64,000 nucleotides of DNA, from IMG/VR virus record IMGVR_UViG_3300038393_001141. One strand, given 5' to 3'. Both the position numbers and the translations under genes were made by a program. Below the pieces are notes generated by a model. The model worked only from the letters and a program-made list of their open reading frames with translations, had not been told where the DNA came from and searched no databases. The stretch is from an uncultured virus (IMG/VR IMGVR_UViG_3300038393_001141) (Duplodnaviria > Heunggongvirae > Uroviricota > Caudoviricetes). Shown here one piece after another: positions 37,756 to 45,655 of this stretch. How positions within the stretch are numbered: the first letter of the stretch is position 1; each line of letters starts with the position of its first letter.

Positions 37756-38763
37756 ATGGCAACAATTTCAGCCGGCGCCATCACCCCCGTCACGTCGCCG
37801 TTTAACACCAGTACCGCCTATTCCGGCACATTCATCCCGACCCTCTGGTCGGCCAAGCTGAACGTCAAGTTCTACGCCTCCTCGACCTTTGCCGATGTAG
37901 CCAACACCAACTGGCAAGGTGACATTAGCGGGATGGGTGACAAGGTCATCATCAACAGCATTCCGACGATCACGATCAGTGACTACACGGTCGGCATGTC
38001 CCTGAACTACGAAGTTCCCGCCCCCAGCACCATCGAGCTGCAAATCGACAAGGCCAAGTATTTCGGCGTGAACATCTCCGACGTTCTGGAGTACCAAGCC
38101 AAGCCTAAGCTGATGGGCATGTTTACCGACGACGCCTCGCAGCAACTGCGCATTCAGATCGACGCGGACAACTGGATCACGACCCTGGGCGTTGGCGCGA
38201 CAGTACAAGCAGCCACAGGTAACTACGGAGCAACCGCAGGCGTCAACAGCGGTGCGTACAACCTGGGAACCGACACCGCGCCGGTAACCCTCACTGCTGC
38301 AAACATCCTCTCCACTATCACCTCGATGGCTGCATGCTTGGATGAGCAGAATGTTCCCGAGACCGAGCGTTCGCTGGTTATAACCCCCTACGATCGCCAG
38401 CTGTTGATGCAATCCAACCTGGCGCAAGCCCAGTTCATGGGAGACCAAACCTCCATTCTGCGCAACGGGAAGATTGGATCGATCGACCGGTTCACGGTGT
38501 ATGTCACCAACCTCCTGCCAACGGGCGCCTTGAGTGGTGCGTGGACGAGCGGAGTAGGTACCGCGGTGGGAGTGGGTACGAGCAAGCTGAAACGCCACTG
38601 CATGGTGGCCTGCCACAAATCAGCCCTCTCGTTCGCAAGCCAGATCACGAAGGTAGAGACCCTGCAGAACCCCACCGATTTCGGCAACCTGGTTCGTGGC
38701 TTGAATGTATATGGCCGCAAAACCACCAAGCCTGAAGGTCTGGTACTCGCCGTCGTAGCCTAA
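37756..38763 (+). CDS. major capsid protein
   Basis: FIPTLWS.KL, GDI..MGDKV.I, LDEQNVP..R, G.IG.IDRF.VY, RGLNVYG.K; high-expression codon usage. Confidence 0.9.
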   Translation: MATISAGAITPVTSPFNTSTAYSGTFIPTLWSAKLNVKFYASSTFADVANTNWQGDISGMGDKVIINSIPTITISDYTVGMSLNYEVPAPSTIELQIDKAKYFGVNISDVLEYQAKPKLMGMFTDDASQQLRIQIDADNWITTLGVGATVQAATGNYGATAGVNSGAYNLGTDTAPVTLTAANILSTITSMAACLDEQNVPETERSLVITPYDRQLLMQSNLAQAQFMGDQTSILRNGKIGSIDRFTVYVTNLLPTGALSGAWTSGVGTAVGVGTSKLKRHCMVACHKSALSFASQITKVETLQNPTDFGNLVRGLNVYGRKTTKPEGLVLAVVA

Positions 38764-38807
38764 ACAATAGCCCCTGCATAGTCAGGGGCACATCAAGGAG
38801 AAAAGGA

Positions 38808-39263
38808 ATGGCTTCTAACAAGTTGAATTTTAGCACTGGCGGCACGGCTGTTTCGCTGACCGCAGCTACAACGCTGACCGAGTCCGCGAATGGCAACAAG
38901 CTGCACCTTTTGAATCTGGCCGGCGGGTTCACTACTACTCTGCCTGCGTCCACCGGTAACGGCGCAACGTACAAGTTCATAGTGCAGACTGTGTCGACAA
39001 CTGGGTACATCATCAAGGTGGCGAACGCGACCGATATCTTCACGGGCACAGCGTACACGCTGTCGGACGGCGCAGCTGCGGTTCTGGGGTATACGACCGG
39101 TGCGACCGATGACACGCTCACGTTAAACGGCACTACCAAGGGTGGTGTGGCTGTGGGCGACTGGGTGGAGTTCGTGGATTACGCCGCTGGTTTCTTCGCA
39201 GTAAGGGCGCTCACTGTTTCGTCCGGAACCGAAGCCACTCCGTTCAGCGCAACCGTATCGTAA
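38808..39263 (+). CDS. putative capsid decoration/structural protein
   Basis: T/A/G-rich; directly after the capsid gene. Confidence 0.6.
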   Translation: MASNKLNFSTGGTAVSLTAATTLTESANGNKLHLLNLAGGFTTTLPASTGNGATYKFIVQTVSTTGYIIKVANATDIFTGTAYTLSDGAAAVLGYTTGATDDTLTLNGTTKGGVAVGDWVEFVDYAAGFFAVRALTVSSGTEATPFSATVS

Positions 39264-39281
39264 CCGCAAAGGAAAATTTTC

Positions 39282-39692
39282 ATGTCCAAAGAATCAAACT
39301 TGGTTCAGGCCGGCATGTGGGATGGGATGGCGAAGGTTGTTGCATCACTTGGGTACGCTACGGGCGACGGTGGTGCAGTAACTCAAGCTACCAATAGAAC
39401 CACAGGTGTTACGGTCAATACGCTCTCAGGCCAGATAACGACAAACAACGCAAGTCTGGCTGCTGAAGCTGCTGCCGAGTTTACCGTCACGAATTCTCAG
39501 GTAGCGATTGGGGATGTCGTCGCAGTATCAATTCAGTCCGGCACTAACGGCGGTAATACGGATGTGTTCGTATCGACAGTCGCGGCAGGCAGCTTCAACA
39601 TAAAAGTAGCAAACAACAACGCAGCAGCAGGCACCGCAGAAACCGGCGCGATCATCATAAATTTCGCCGTCATCAAAGCCGTATCATCCTAA
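39282..39692 (+). CDS. putative capsid decoration/head fibre protein
   Basis: GGAVTQATNRTTGVT...FTVTNS.V...INFAVIK. Confidence 0.6.
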   Translation: MSKESNLVQAGMWDGMAKVVASLGYATGDGGAVTQATNRTTGVTVNTLSGQITTNNASLAAEAAAEFTVTNSQVAIGDVVAVSIQSGTNGGNTDVFVSTVAAGSFNIKVANNNAAAGTAETGAIIINFAVIKAVSS

Positions 39693-39697
39693 TAGGG

Positions 39698-39713
39698 GTG
39701 CCCTTCGGGGCAC
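39698..39713 (+). terminator. UUCG hairpin (terminator/processing site)
   Basis: GTGCCC-TTCG-GGGCAC; no clear U-tract. Confidence 0.4.
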
Positions 39714-39723
39714 TACAGCATAA

Positions 39724-40395
39724 ATGGGCACCATCCTCGCCAGTGCGATTGTCAGTAAGGCTTCCGTACAGCTTATTGATCCAACATACGTGAGGTGGGC
39801 CCAATCCGAATTGTTAGGCTGGCTTAACTCAGGTCAGCGTCAGATAGCTCAAGTAAACCCATCTGCGTCCAATGTAGTGACCACCATTAGGCTGGTATCT
39901 GGCTCTCGCCAGAACATACCCGCAGGCGGGTTTATATTTTTCGAAGCGTTCAGGAACATGGGCTCAGATGGCTTGACCCCCGGGCGCACCGTCAGGATCG
40001 CATCCAGAGAAACCCTGGACGCATACAACCGCGATTGGTACAACGCAACGCCTGCTGCGGTTACTCAAGCTTACATTTTCAACTCGATCGATAACAAGGC
40101 ATTCTACGTTTACCCGCCCAGCGACGGGACGAATTACCTTGAGATCAACTACGCGAGGACACCAGCAGATGTTGCGTTGACAGACCCTATTAACCTACCG
40201 GACATATACGAGAACGCACTGCTGGATTACATGCTGTACAGAGCGTTCAGCAAAGATACCGAAGGCGGCAACCCAGCACTCGCACAGTTCTACTTCCAAC
40301 AATTCTCAACTGGTATCACTGCTGACGAACAAGTGCAGGCCGCAGCGGATGCCAACAAAGCAGATACTCCAGGGAACACACCGTGGCGACAGTAA
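39724..40395 (+). CDS. head-tail adaptor
   Basis: RW..ELL.WLN.GQ...FYVYPP...LLDYMLYRAFSKD. Confidence 0.75.
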   Translation: MGTILASAIVSKASVQLIDPTYVRWAQSELLGWLNSGQRQIAQVNPSASNVVTTIRLVSGSRQNIPAGGFIFFEAFRNMGSDGLTPGRTVRIASRETLDAYNRDWYNATPAAVTQAYIFNSIDNKAFYVYPPSDGTNYLEINYARTPADVALTDPINLPDIYENALLDYMLYRAFSKDTEGGNPALAQFYFQQFSTGITADEQVQAAADANKADTPGNTPWRQ

Positions 40396-41027
40396 GCACA
40401 GATTCATTCCTGCGCGAAGTGATGACGTATTGCCCGGATGTCATGGAGGTGATAGCGCTCAATGCGATCGTCAACTCGTGCATCGAGTTTTGCAACGTGT
40501 CCACCATACATCGCATCGACATGACAGCCCTTGACGGGGTTGCAGGGCAGGCTGAATACGCCCTCACTGTGCCGGCAGACACGCAACTTGCGTCAGTAGT
40601 ACAGCTCTCATACAGCGGCATCCCGCTGAGACCGAAAGACTTGGAAGAGCTGGCCACATTCTACCGCTACCAAGACTGGCATTCCATGACAGGGCAGCCA
40701 GCGTTCTACACCCAGATCACACCAGGGGCGGTAACTCTTGTTCCCTACCCATCCACCAACATCACAGGAGCGATGACAGGGAGAATTGCGTTAATGCCTC
40801 TCAGGACATCCGCAGTAGTTTACGATGATCTTTACAATAGATATTCCGAAGACATTGCGTTAGGCGCGAGAAGTAGGTTACACTACACACCTGGAACATC
40901 ATACTACGACCCAAACATGGCAGAACAATGCAGATTGCGGTTCATGGCGGCAGCAGCCAATGCTAAAGCCCGTGCAAACAAAGGGCAAACAAGAGCATTA
41001 ACAAGAGTGATATACAACAAATTCTAG
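40383..41027 (+). CDS. tail tubular/adaptor protein
   Basis: Position; AIV.SCIEFC, LVPYP, IALGA..RL motifs. Confidence 0.65.
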   Translation: MATVSTDSFLREVMTYCPDVMEVIALNAIVNSCIEFCNVSTIHRIDMTALDGVAGQAEYALTVPADTQLASVVQLSYSGIPLRPKDLEELATFYRYQDWHSMTGQPAFYTQITPGAVTLVPYPSTNITGAMTGRIALMPLRTSAVVYDDLYNRYSEDIALGARSRLHYTPGTSYYDPNMAEQCRLRFMAAAANAKARANKGQTRALTRVIYNKF

Positions 41028-41052
41028 CATGACAAAATACAGGAGACTTCAC

Positions 41053-41199
41053 ATGAACATATTCGAGCCGGCAAAGCAGGCCGAAGAAAAGGTCGAAGCC
41101 AAAGCCGATGACCTAGTAGGTAAAGCACAGTCAAGTAAGTACACCGCACTGATTCTCCTGGGCATTGTCGTCCTCGGAGTTGTGCTTCTGCTGGTGTAG
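41053..41199 (+). CDS. C-terminally anchored small membrane protein
   Basis: Manual ORF with AGGAG RBS; ends TALILLGIVVLGVVLLLV. Confidence 0.6.
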   Translation: MNIFEPAKQAEEKVEAKADDLVGKAQSSKYTALILLGIVVLGVVLLLV

Positions 41200-41201
41200 C
41201 T

Positions 41202-41384
41202 ATGGTCGCGCACGATCCTGAAAAGCAGAGATGGGTAGAGGTTCTGATCCTGTGGGCCATTTCAGCCCTTCACTGGGCGAATGATAACTTGCCTTCGATA
41301 ATTGGGTGGCTCACAGCGTTCTACACTGTTCTTCAGATCGGTCTGGCGATACGGAAATATTTTGATAAACCAAGTGAAAGCTGA
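41202..41384 (+). CDS. putative holin
   Basis: 60 aa, two hydrophobic segments, basic C-terminus, upstream of the lysozyme. Confidence 0.55.
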   Translation: MVAHDPEKQRWVEVLILWAISALHWANDNLPSIIGWLTAFYTVLQIGLAIRKYFDKPSES

Positions 41385-41412
41385 CTACAGCTAAAACCAA
41401 CAGTGGAGCGAT

Positions 41413-41679
41413 ATGACCCAGCATCACGAACCTGAATGGCGACGGTTTGCACATGAACAACACCTAAATTTGAAGCGCGTTCCAAATATTAGTTTTATCG
41501 AATACGAGCATGCAAGCACACGAGCTGTCAGGGCAGCGTGGGATAAACGATCTGAACTGGAAGCATCTGCAGAAGGACCGAAAGCATACTACAACGCCGC
41601 GCTACAGCACGCCTCAGAGCTGGTCTACAAGCTGCACGGCGAAGCCGCCGCTAAGGCAATACAGGAGCTGCGGAGATGA
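41413..41679 (+). CDS. hypothetical protein
   Basis: RBS, coupled to the lysozyme. Confidence 0.5.
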   Translation: MTQHHEPEWRRFAHEQHLNLKRVPNISFIEYEHASTRAVRAAWDKRSELEASAEGPKAYYNAALQHASELVYKLHGEAAAKAIQELRR

Positions 41680-42140
41680 TTAACCCACGAATATCAATCG
41701 CTGCTCTTTACTTATCCGCCGCTGCATTCGTCGGGCTGACGCTGCATGAGAGTTACCGCAATACCGCCTATATCCCTGTACCTGGTGACGTTCCCACTGT
41801 CGGGTTTGGCACAACTGAGGGCGTCAGGATGGGCGACAAGATTACCCCGCCGAAGGCGCTCTCGCTGGCTCTCAGGGATGTGCAGAAGTTCGAGGGCAAG
41901 ATCAAGACGTGCGTCACTGTACCGCTGCATCAGTACGAGTACGACGCCTACGTGAGCATGACCTACAACATAGGCGCACAGGCTTTCTGCAATTCCACTC
42001 TTGTGAAGAAGCTAAACGCAGGCGACTACGAAGGCGCCTGTACGGAAATCAAACGCTGGAACCGTCAAGATGGAGTAGTGCTGAACGGCCTGACCAAACG
42101 CCGGGAGGCTGAGTATCGCCAGTGCATGGGGCTGGCGTGA
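41676..42140 (+). CDS. GH24 lysozyme, probable SAR endolysin
   Basis: Ala-rich N-terminal hydrophobic segment then E...D..T.G.G.T; YNIG..AF..STL.KKLN; GL.KRR.AE. Confidence 0.9.
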   Translation: MINPRISIAALYLSAAAFVGLTLHESYRNTAYIPVPGDVPTVGFGTTEGVRMGDKITPPKALSLALRDVQKFEGKIKTCVTVPLHQYEYDAYVSMTYNIGAQAFCNSTLVKKLNAGDYEGACTEIKRWNRQDGVVLNGLTKRREAEYRQCMGLA

Positions 42141-42445
42141 GTAAACGGTACCACTGGAAATACGAACGAGTAACCGTAGAGTGGCCTATAAGGTTATGGT
42201 GGTGGACTAGAGCTACCGGGGTTATCCGGGTACACGATGATAAAGACAGAATCCCCGGGGACTACCACTGTGCCGGCACGATAATCGTTAAGTGGGGGAA
42301 GTATGAGGTTATGGGTTTTGTCACTAAAGATAAACGCCCTGATGCTTCTGAGTTCAGAGAATTTTACAAATACTTGGCGTCTCTAGGGCTGAAAAAATAC
42401 AGGCACGTAAGAGCGAAACAAGGCGAAGTCGTGGAGGTGCGTTAA
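42137..42445 (+). CDS. hypothetical protein inserted in the lysis cassette
   Basis: GTG overlaps the lysozyme stop; stop abuts the Rz start. Confidence 0.5.
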   Translation: MSKRYHWKYERVTVEWPIRLWWWTRATGVIRVHDDKDRIPGDYHCAGTIIVKWGKYEVMGFVTKDKRPDASEFREFYKYLASLGLKKYRHVRAKQGEVVEVR

Positions 42446-42943
42446 ATGCAGATAATACTAGGTGCAGTTGTACTAGCTCTTCTAATCGGCTTGGGGTCAG
42501 GTATGTACATAGGCAGCCACTGGAACGAGGCCGGCCATAGCCTGGAGACAATAAAGGAGCAAAAAGAAGAGATTCGAATCGACGCGGCACAAGACAAGGT
42601 ATCCGCAGAGTCGGACACAAAAGCTGTCCAGGAGCAAACAAAGATCGATGTTGTATACAAGGATCGGTGGCACTATATTACAAAGGAGGTACCTGTTGAA
42701 GTTCAAGTTAAAATGGATTCTGAGTGCGTTATTCCTAACCGCTTTGTCAGCCTGTGGGACAGCGCAAACCAAGCCAGGCTTCCCGACCCCGCCAGCCCAG
42801 CTGATGAAGCCCCCAGTGGAATTAAACTCTCAGATGTTAGCGAGCAGAAAGAAATCGAGTCAGAAATCTGCAACTCCAATACACGTCAACTGATAGGATT
42901 GCAAGAGTGGGTGACGAAACAACATGAAGTTTTTATGAAATAA
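42446..42943 (+). CDS. Rz: i-spanin
   Basis: N-terminal TM, coiled coil, Cys residues, LQEWV end. Confidence 0.75.
   Translation: MQIILGAVVLALLIGLGSGMYIGSHWNEAGHSLETIKEQKEEIRIDAAQDKVSAESDTKAVQEQTKIDVVYKDRWHYITKEVPVEVQVKMDSECVIPNRFVSLWDSANQARLPDPASPADEAPSGIKLSDVSEQKEIESEICNSNTRQLIGLQEWVTKQHEVFMK
42696..42893 (+). CDS. Rz1: o-spanin lipoprotein embedded in Rz
   Basis: AAGGAGGT RBS, TTG start, lipobox LSAC, Pro-rich PTPPAQLMKPP in the +1 frame. Confidence 0.75.
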   Translation: MKFKLKWILSALFLTALSACGTAQTKPGFPTPPAQLMKPPVELNSQMLASRKKSSQKSATPIHVN

Positions 42944-43031
42944 GTGTAAACCTGTTGACAAGAAATTAGGATAGTGTAAACTTCTTTACAAGTATCGACG
43001 CTGTGTCGAGTTACTATAAAGGAGAAAACAT

Positions 43032-43577
43032 ATGATACAGTCAGCAGCAGAGTTGAGGAAATTGGGCGCAGCTGGGCCTAAGGTTAGAGGTTTTAATGCA
43101 AAAGAGGAAGGCATAATCTTTGCAATAGACACAAGCAAAAAGCGCCCACCACGCCTTCCTACAACACCGAAAGACCCGGTACATTTTGTCAGGATTCGAA
43201 TCGGAAGCATAGCAGCGCAGAAAGCAGGGCTCAAAGCTGGAGACAAGGTTGACCTGAAGTGGGACAAAGATCGCCGCTTGGGTTTTATCGCTCCGTCCGA
43301 AGATGGATGGACTCTGACCGGGCTCAAACGTGAGAAAGGAGAAGGTAAGAAATTGAATGGGCTAGAAGCTCTCCAATTACGTTTTACGTGGGAGTATGGC
43401 TACCCATCCATCTATGAGCCTAAGCTACGAGAGGCTGTGATTATTGAAGGAGACTTGGGGAATAACGAGATTCAGTTTGTGTTTCCGGAAGGAACGTCGT
43501 TCGCAGGAATGGCTACACCACCCGGTGAGGTAATCCAATACAACAGGAGAGCTACCGACCGCCAGGCGGTTGCGTGA
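43032..43577 (+). CDS. moron-like gene, possible AbrB/swapped-hairpin fold
   Basis: Own promoter (TTGACA-16-TAAACT at 42955-42982) and terminator; IRIG..AAQKAGLKAGDKVDL. Confidence 0.6.
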   Translation: MIQSAAELRKLGAAGPKVRGFNAKEEGIIFAIDTSKKRPPRLPTTPKDPVHFVRIRIGSIAAQKAGLKAGDKVDLKWDKDRRLGFIAPSEDGWTLTGLKREKGEGKKLNGLEALQLRFTWEYGYPSIYEPKLREAVIIEGDLGNNEIQFVFPEGTSFAGMATPPGEVIQYNRRATDRQAVA

Positions 43578-43595
43578 GTAAAACCAACTTCACAT

Positions 43596-43620
43596 GAAGC
43601 CGCTTTCGGGCGGCTTTTTT
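43596..43620 (+). terminator. rho-independent terminator
   Basis: GAAGCCGCT-TTCG-GGCGGCTTTTTT. Confidence 0.85.
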
Positions 43621-43698
43621 ATTGCACAATACAATTGCACATGACATGAAAATGTGGTATCTTCGCGTGATACAAGAAGGATTTACAGGAGATTTCGC

Positions 43699-43992
43699 GT
43701 GGAGATACATCACTTTCCTCAAGTACAAATTCTCGGGAACCATGCAAAAATACGAGAAGGGAGACAATACATTGATCTAGGGTTTTACAATAGCGACGGT
43801 ACGTTTGAGTGGTCTCCCGAAGGGGCAGCTAGACGCGATGCGTTGTTGTCTCCCGAGGTTGTTTTGGATGAGGAGGAAGCTCCAGTACAGGAAGCCCCTG
43901 TGGCCGCTCAAGACCCGCTGAGTGATGACCTGGCCGCGGCCAGGGAGCGCAACGCCGCCCGCCACAAAAAACAAAACCGTAGAGGCCAGTAA
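43699..43992 (+). CDS. hypothetical protein
   Basis: AGGAG RBS then GTG. Confidence 0.55.
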   Translation: MEIHHFPQVQILGNHAKIREGRQYIDLGFYNSDGTFEWSPEGAARRDALLSPEVVLDEEEAPVQEAPVAAQDPLSDDLAAARERNAARHKKQNRRGQ

Positions 43993-43994
43993 CC

Positions 43995-44840
43995 ATGGCC
44001 CTCAAGGTCACCAACAATGCCTCAACCACTATCGCTGGGAGCATTAATGCAGCAGCGACAGCTATAAATCTGGCCGGTGGGACAGGGTCTCTATTCCCTG
44101 TTTTGTCTGGTAGCGATTGGTTCTGGGGCACCCTGGTAGATGCGTCGAACAACATTGAAGTTATCAAGGTCACTGCCAGGTCTACAGACGCGCTTACCGT
44201 CACCCGTGGACAGGACGGCACCACAGCCAAATCCTACACGGTTGGGGATAGGTTTGAACTGCGACCCACCGCTGCTTTGTTCAACGACAAGGCTGACATC
44301 GACAACCCATCGTTCACAACCAAGATCACAACCCCAGCAATAACACTAGGAGCCACCGCGCTTACGGCAACTGGTGCAGAACTTAACTACGTGGCGGGTG
44401 TGACTAGTGCGATTCAGACTCAGATAAACGGAATCATACCGTCCGGTACGGTCATGTCGTTCTTCCAAGCAGCAGCTCCAACTGGATGGACCCAGGTTGT
44501 TACCCAGAACAACAAAGCACTTAGGGTTGTGTCTGGAACGGGGGGTGGAACTGGGGGAACAGTAGCCTTCACAACAGCTTTCGCCTCACAGACCCCTGCC
44601 GGGACGGTCGGGAATACCACGCTAACAACCTCACAGATTCCTGCACACACACACTCTACAAGCTTTACGAATATTACATCCACCGTAGCAGAAGGCGGAA
44701 CAGGCACCATTCTAAAGTACGGAAGCGGCGACGCTACCGGGTCTCAGGGAGGCGGCACATCACACACGCACTCGTTCACAGGTACAGCAATTAACCTGGC
44801 TGTGCAATACATCGATATGATCATAGCGAGCAAGAATTGA
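43995..44840 (+). CDS. tail fibre protein
   Basis: N-terminal NNA.TT...EVIKVTARS.D.LTV.RGQDGT anchor; IPSGTVM.F...APTGW collar; QIPAHTH/HTHS tip motifs. Confidence 0.85.
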   Translation: MALKVTNNASTTIAGSINAAATAINLAGGTGSLFPVLSGSDWFWGTLVDASNNIEVIKVTARSTDALTVTRGQDGTTAKSYTVGDRFELRPTAALFNDKADIDNPSFTTKITTPAITLGATALTATGAELNYVAGVTSAIQTQINGIIPSGTVMSFFQAAAPTGWTQVVTQNNKALRVVSGTGGGTGGTVAFTTAFASQTPAGTVGNTTLTTSQIPAHTHSTSFTNITSTVAEGGTGTILKYGSGDATGSQGGGTSHTHSFTGTAINLAVQYIDMIIASKN

Positions 44841-45184
44841 TGGAAGTTAAAGTGGCCGATTGCCCTCTTGGGGCGAAGTGCGAAGACGTGAAAACGGAAA
44901 ACGGAAAACCTGTGATTTACAGGTGCCCTTGGTACGTGCAGGTATCAGGCACTGACAACAATACCGGGGAAGATAGAGACCACTGGGGCTGCGCCATTGC
45001 TTGGATGCCCACGCTCATGATCAATACAGCCAATGAATCACGCAAGGGGGTGGCAGCGACCGAGTCATTCCGAAATGAGATGGTGAAGCAGGGTGCCCAG
45101 ACACAACAAGTCATGCTGGTAGCCGCTCAACTGTCAGGCAGTAAAACAGAGAAACTATTGGAGCAGGCTGAGATATGCGAGTAA
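44837..45184 (+). CDS. tail fibre-associated protein
   Basis: CPL..C..CPWY..WGCAIAWMP..AATESFRNEMV; follows the fibre gene. Confidence 0.6.
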   Translation: MMEVKVADCPLGAKCEDVKTENGKPVIYRCPWYVQVSGTDNNTGEDRDHWGCAIAWMPTLMINTANESRKGVAATESFRNEMVKQGAQTQQVMLVAAQLSGSKTEKLLEQAEICE

Positions 45185-45651
45185 CGATTATTCGGGATGA
45201 TGGGGTTGTAGGGGTCGATGGTGTTTTCAGAAAGGTTGACCTAGCAGCGCTGCCTGATGGTGTCAGAGCCGTGCAGTGGTCGGGCGCTGCTGGGCATGTA
45301 GAGTTCGCGGATATGCGGAATGCAGATATTACAAGCATCTCAGAGTTCCAATCATCCATAGATGGGTGGGCCGCTGCAGCGCCAGTCCCTACCGCACCGC
45401 AACCTCCTCAAATCCCGACAAAAGTACAAATGGCTCAAGCCCGGCTGGCATTACTGCAGCAAGGGTATTTGGACCAAGTGAACGCGATACTTGCAGGGCT
45501 GACCGGTGACGCAGGAAAGGCTGCCCAGATCGAGTGGAACTACAGACAGTATGTGGATCGCAACAACCACTTGGTGCAGGCCATCAAAGCACAGCTGCCA
45601 CTCACAGAACAACAACTGGACGACCTCTTTACCCTAGCGAGCACGTTGTAG
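45175..45651 (+). CDS. tail fibre assembly chaperone-like protein
   Basis: AVQW..G.VE; QARLAL...IEW....V.R...L...L.LT..QLDDLF..A. Confidence 0.7.
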   Translation: MRVTIIRDDGVVGVDGVFRKVDLAALPDGVRAVQWSGAAGHVEFADMRNADITSISEFQSSIDGWAAAAPVPTAPQPPQIPTKVQMAQARLALLQQGYLDQVNAILAGLTGDAGKAAQIEWNYRQYVDRNNHLVQAIKAQLPLTEQQLDDLFTLASTL

Positions 45652-45655
45652 CGCA

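Noticed and set aside
37768..38616. 282-aa antisense ORF over the capsid gene, and similar shadow ORFs elsewhere
   Set aside because: No recognisable motifs; explained by codon bias of the sense gene.
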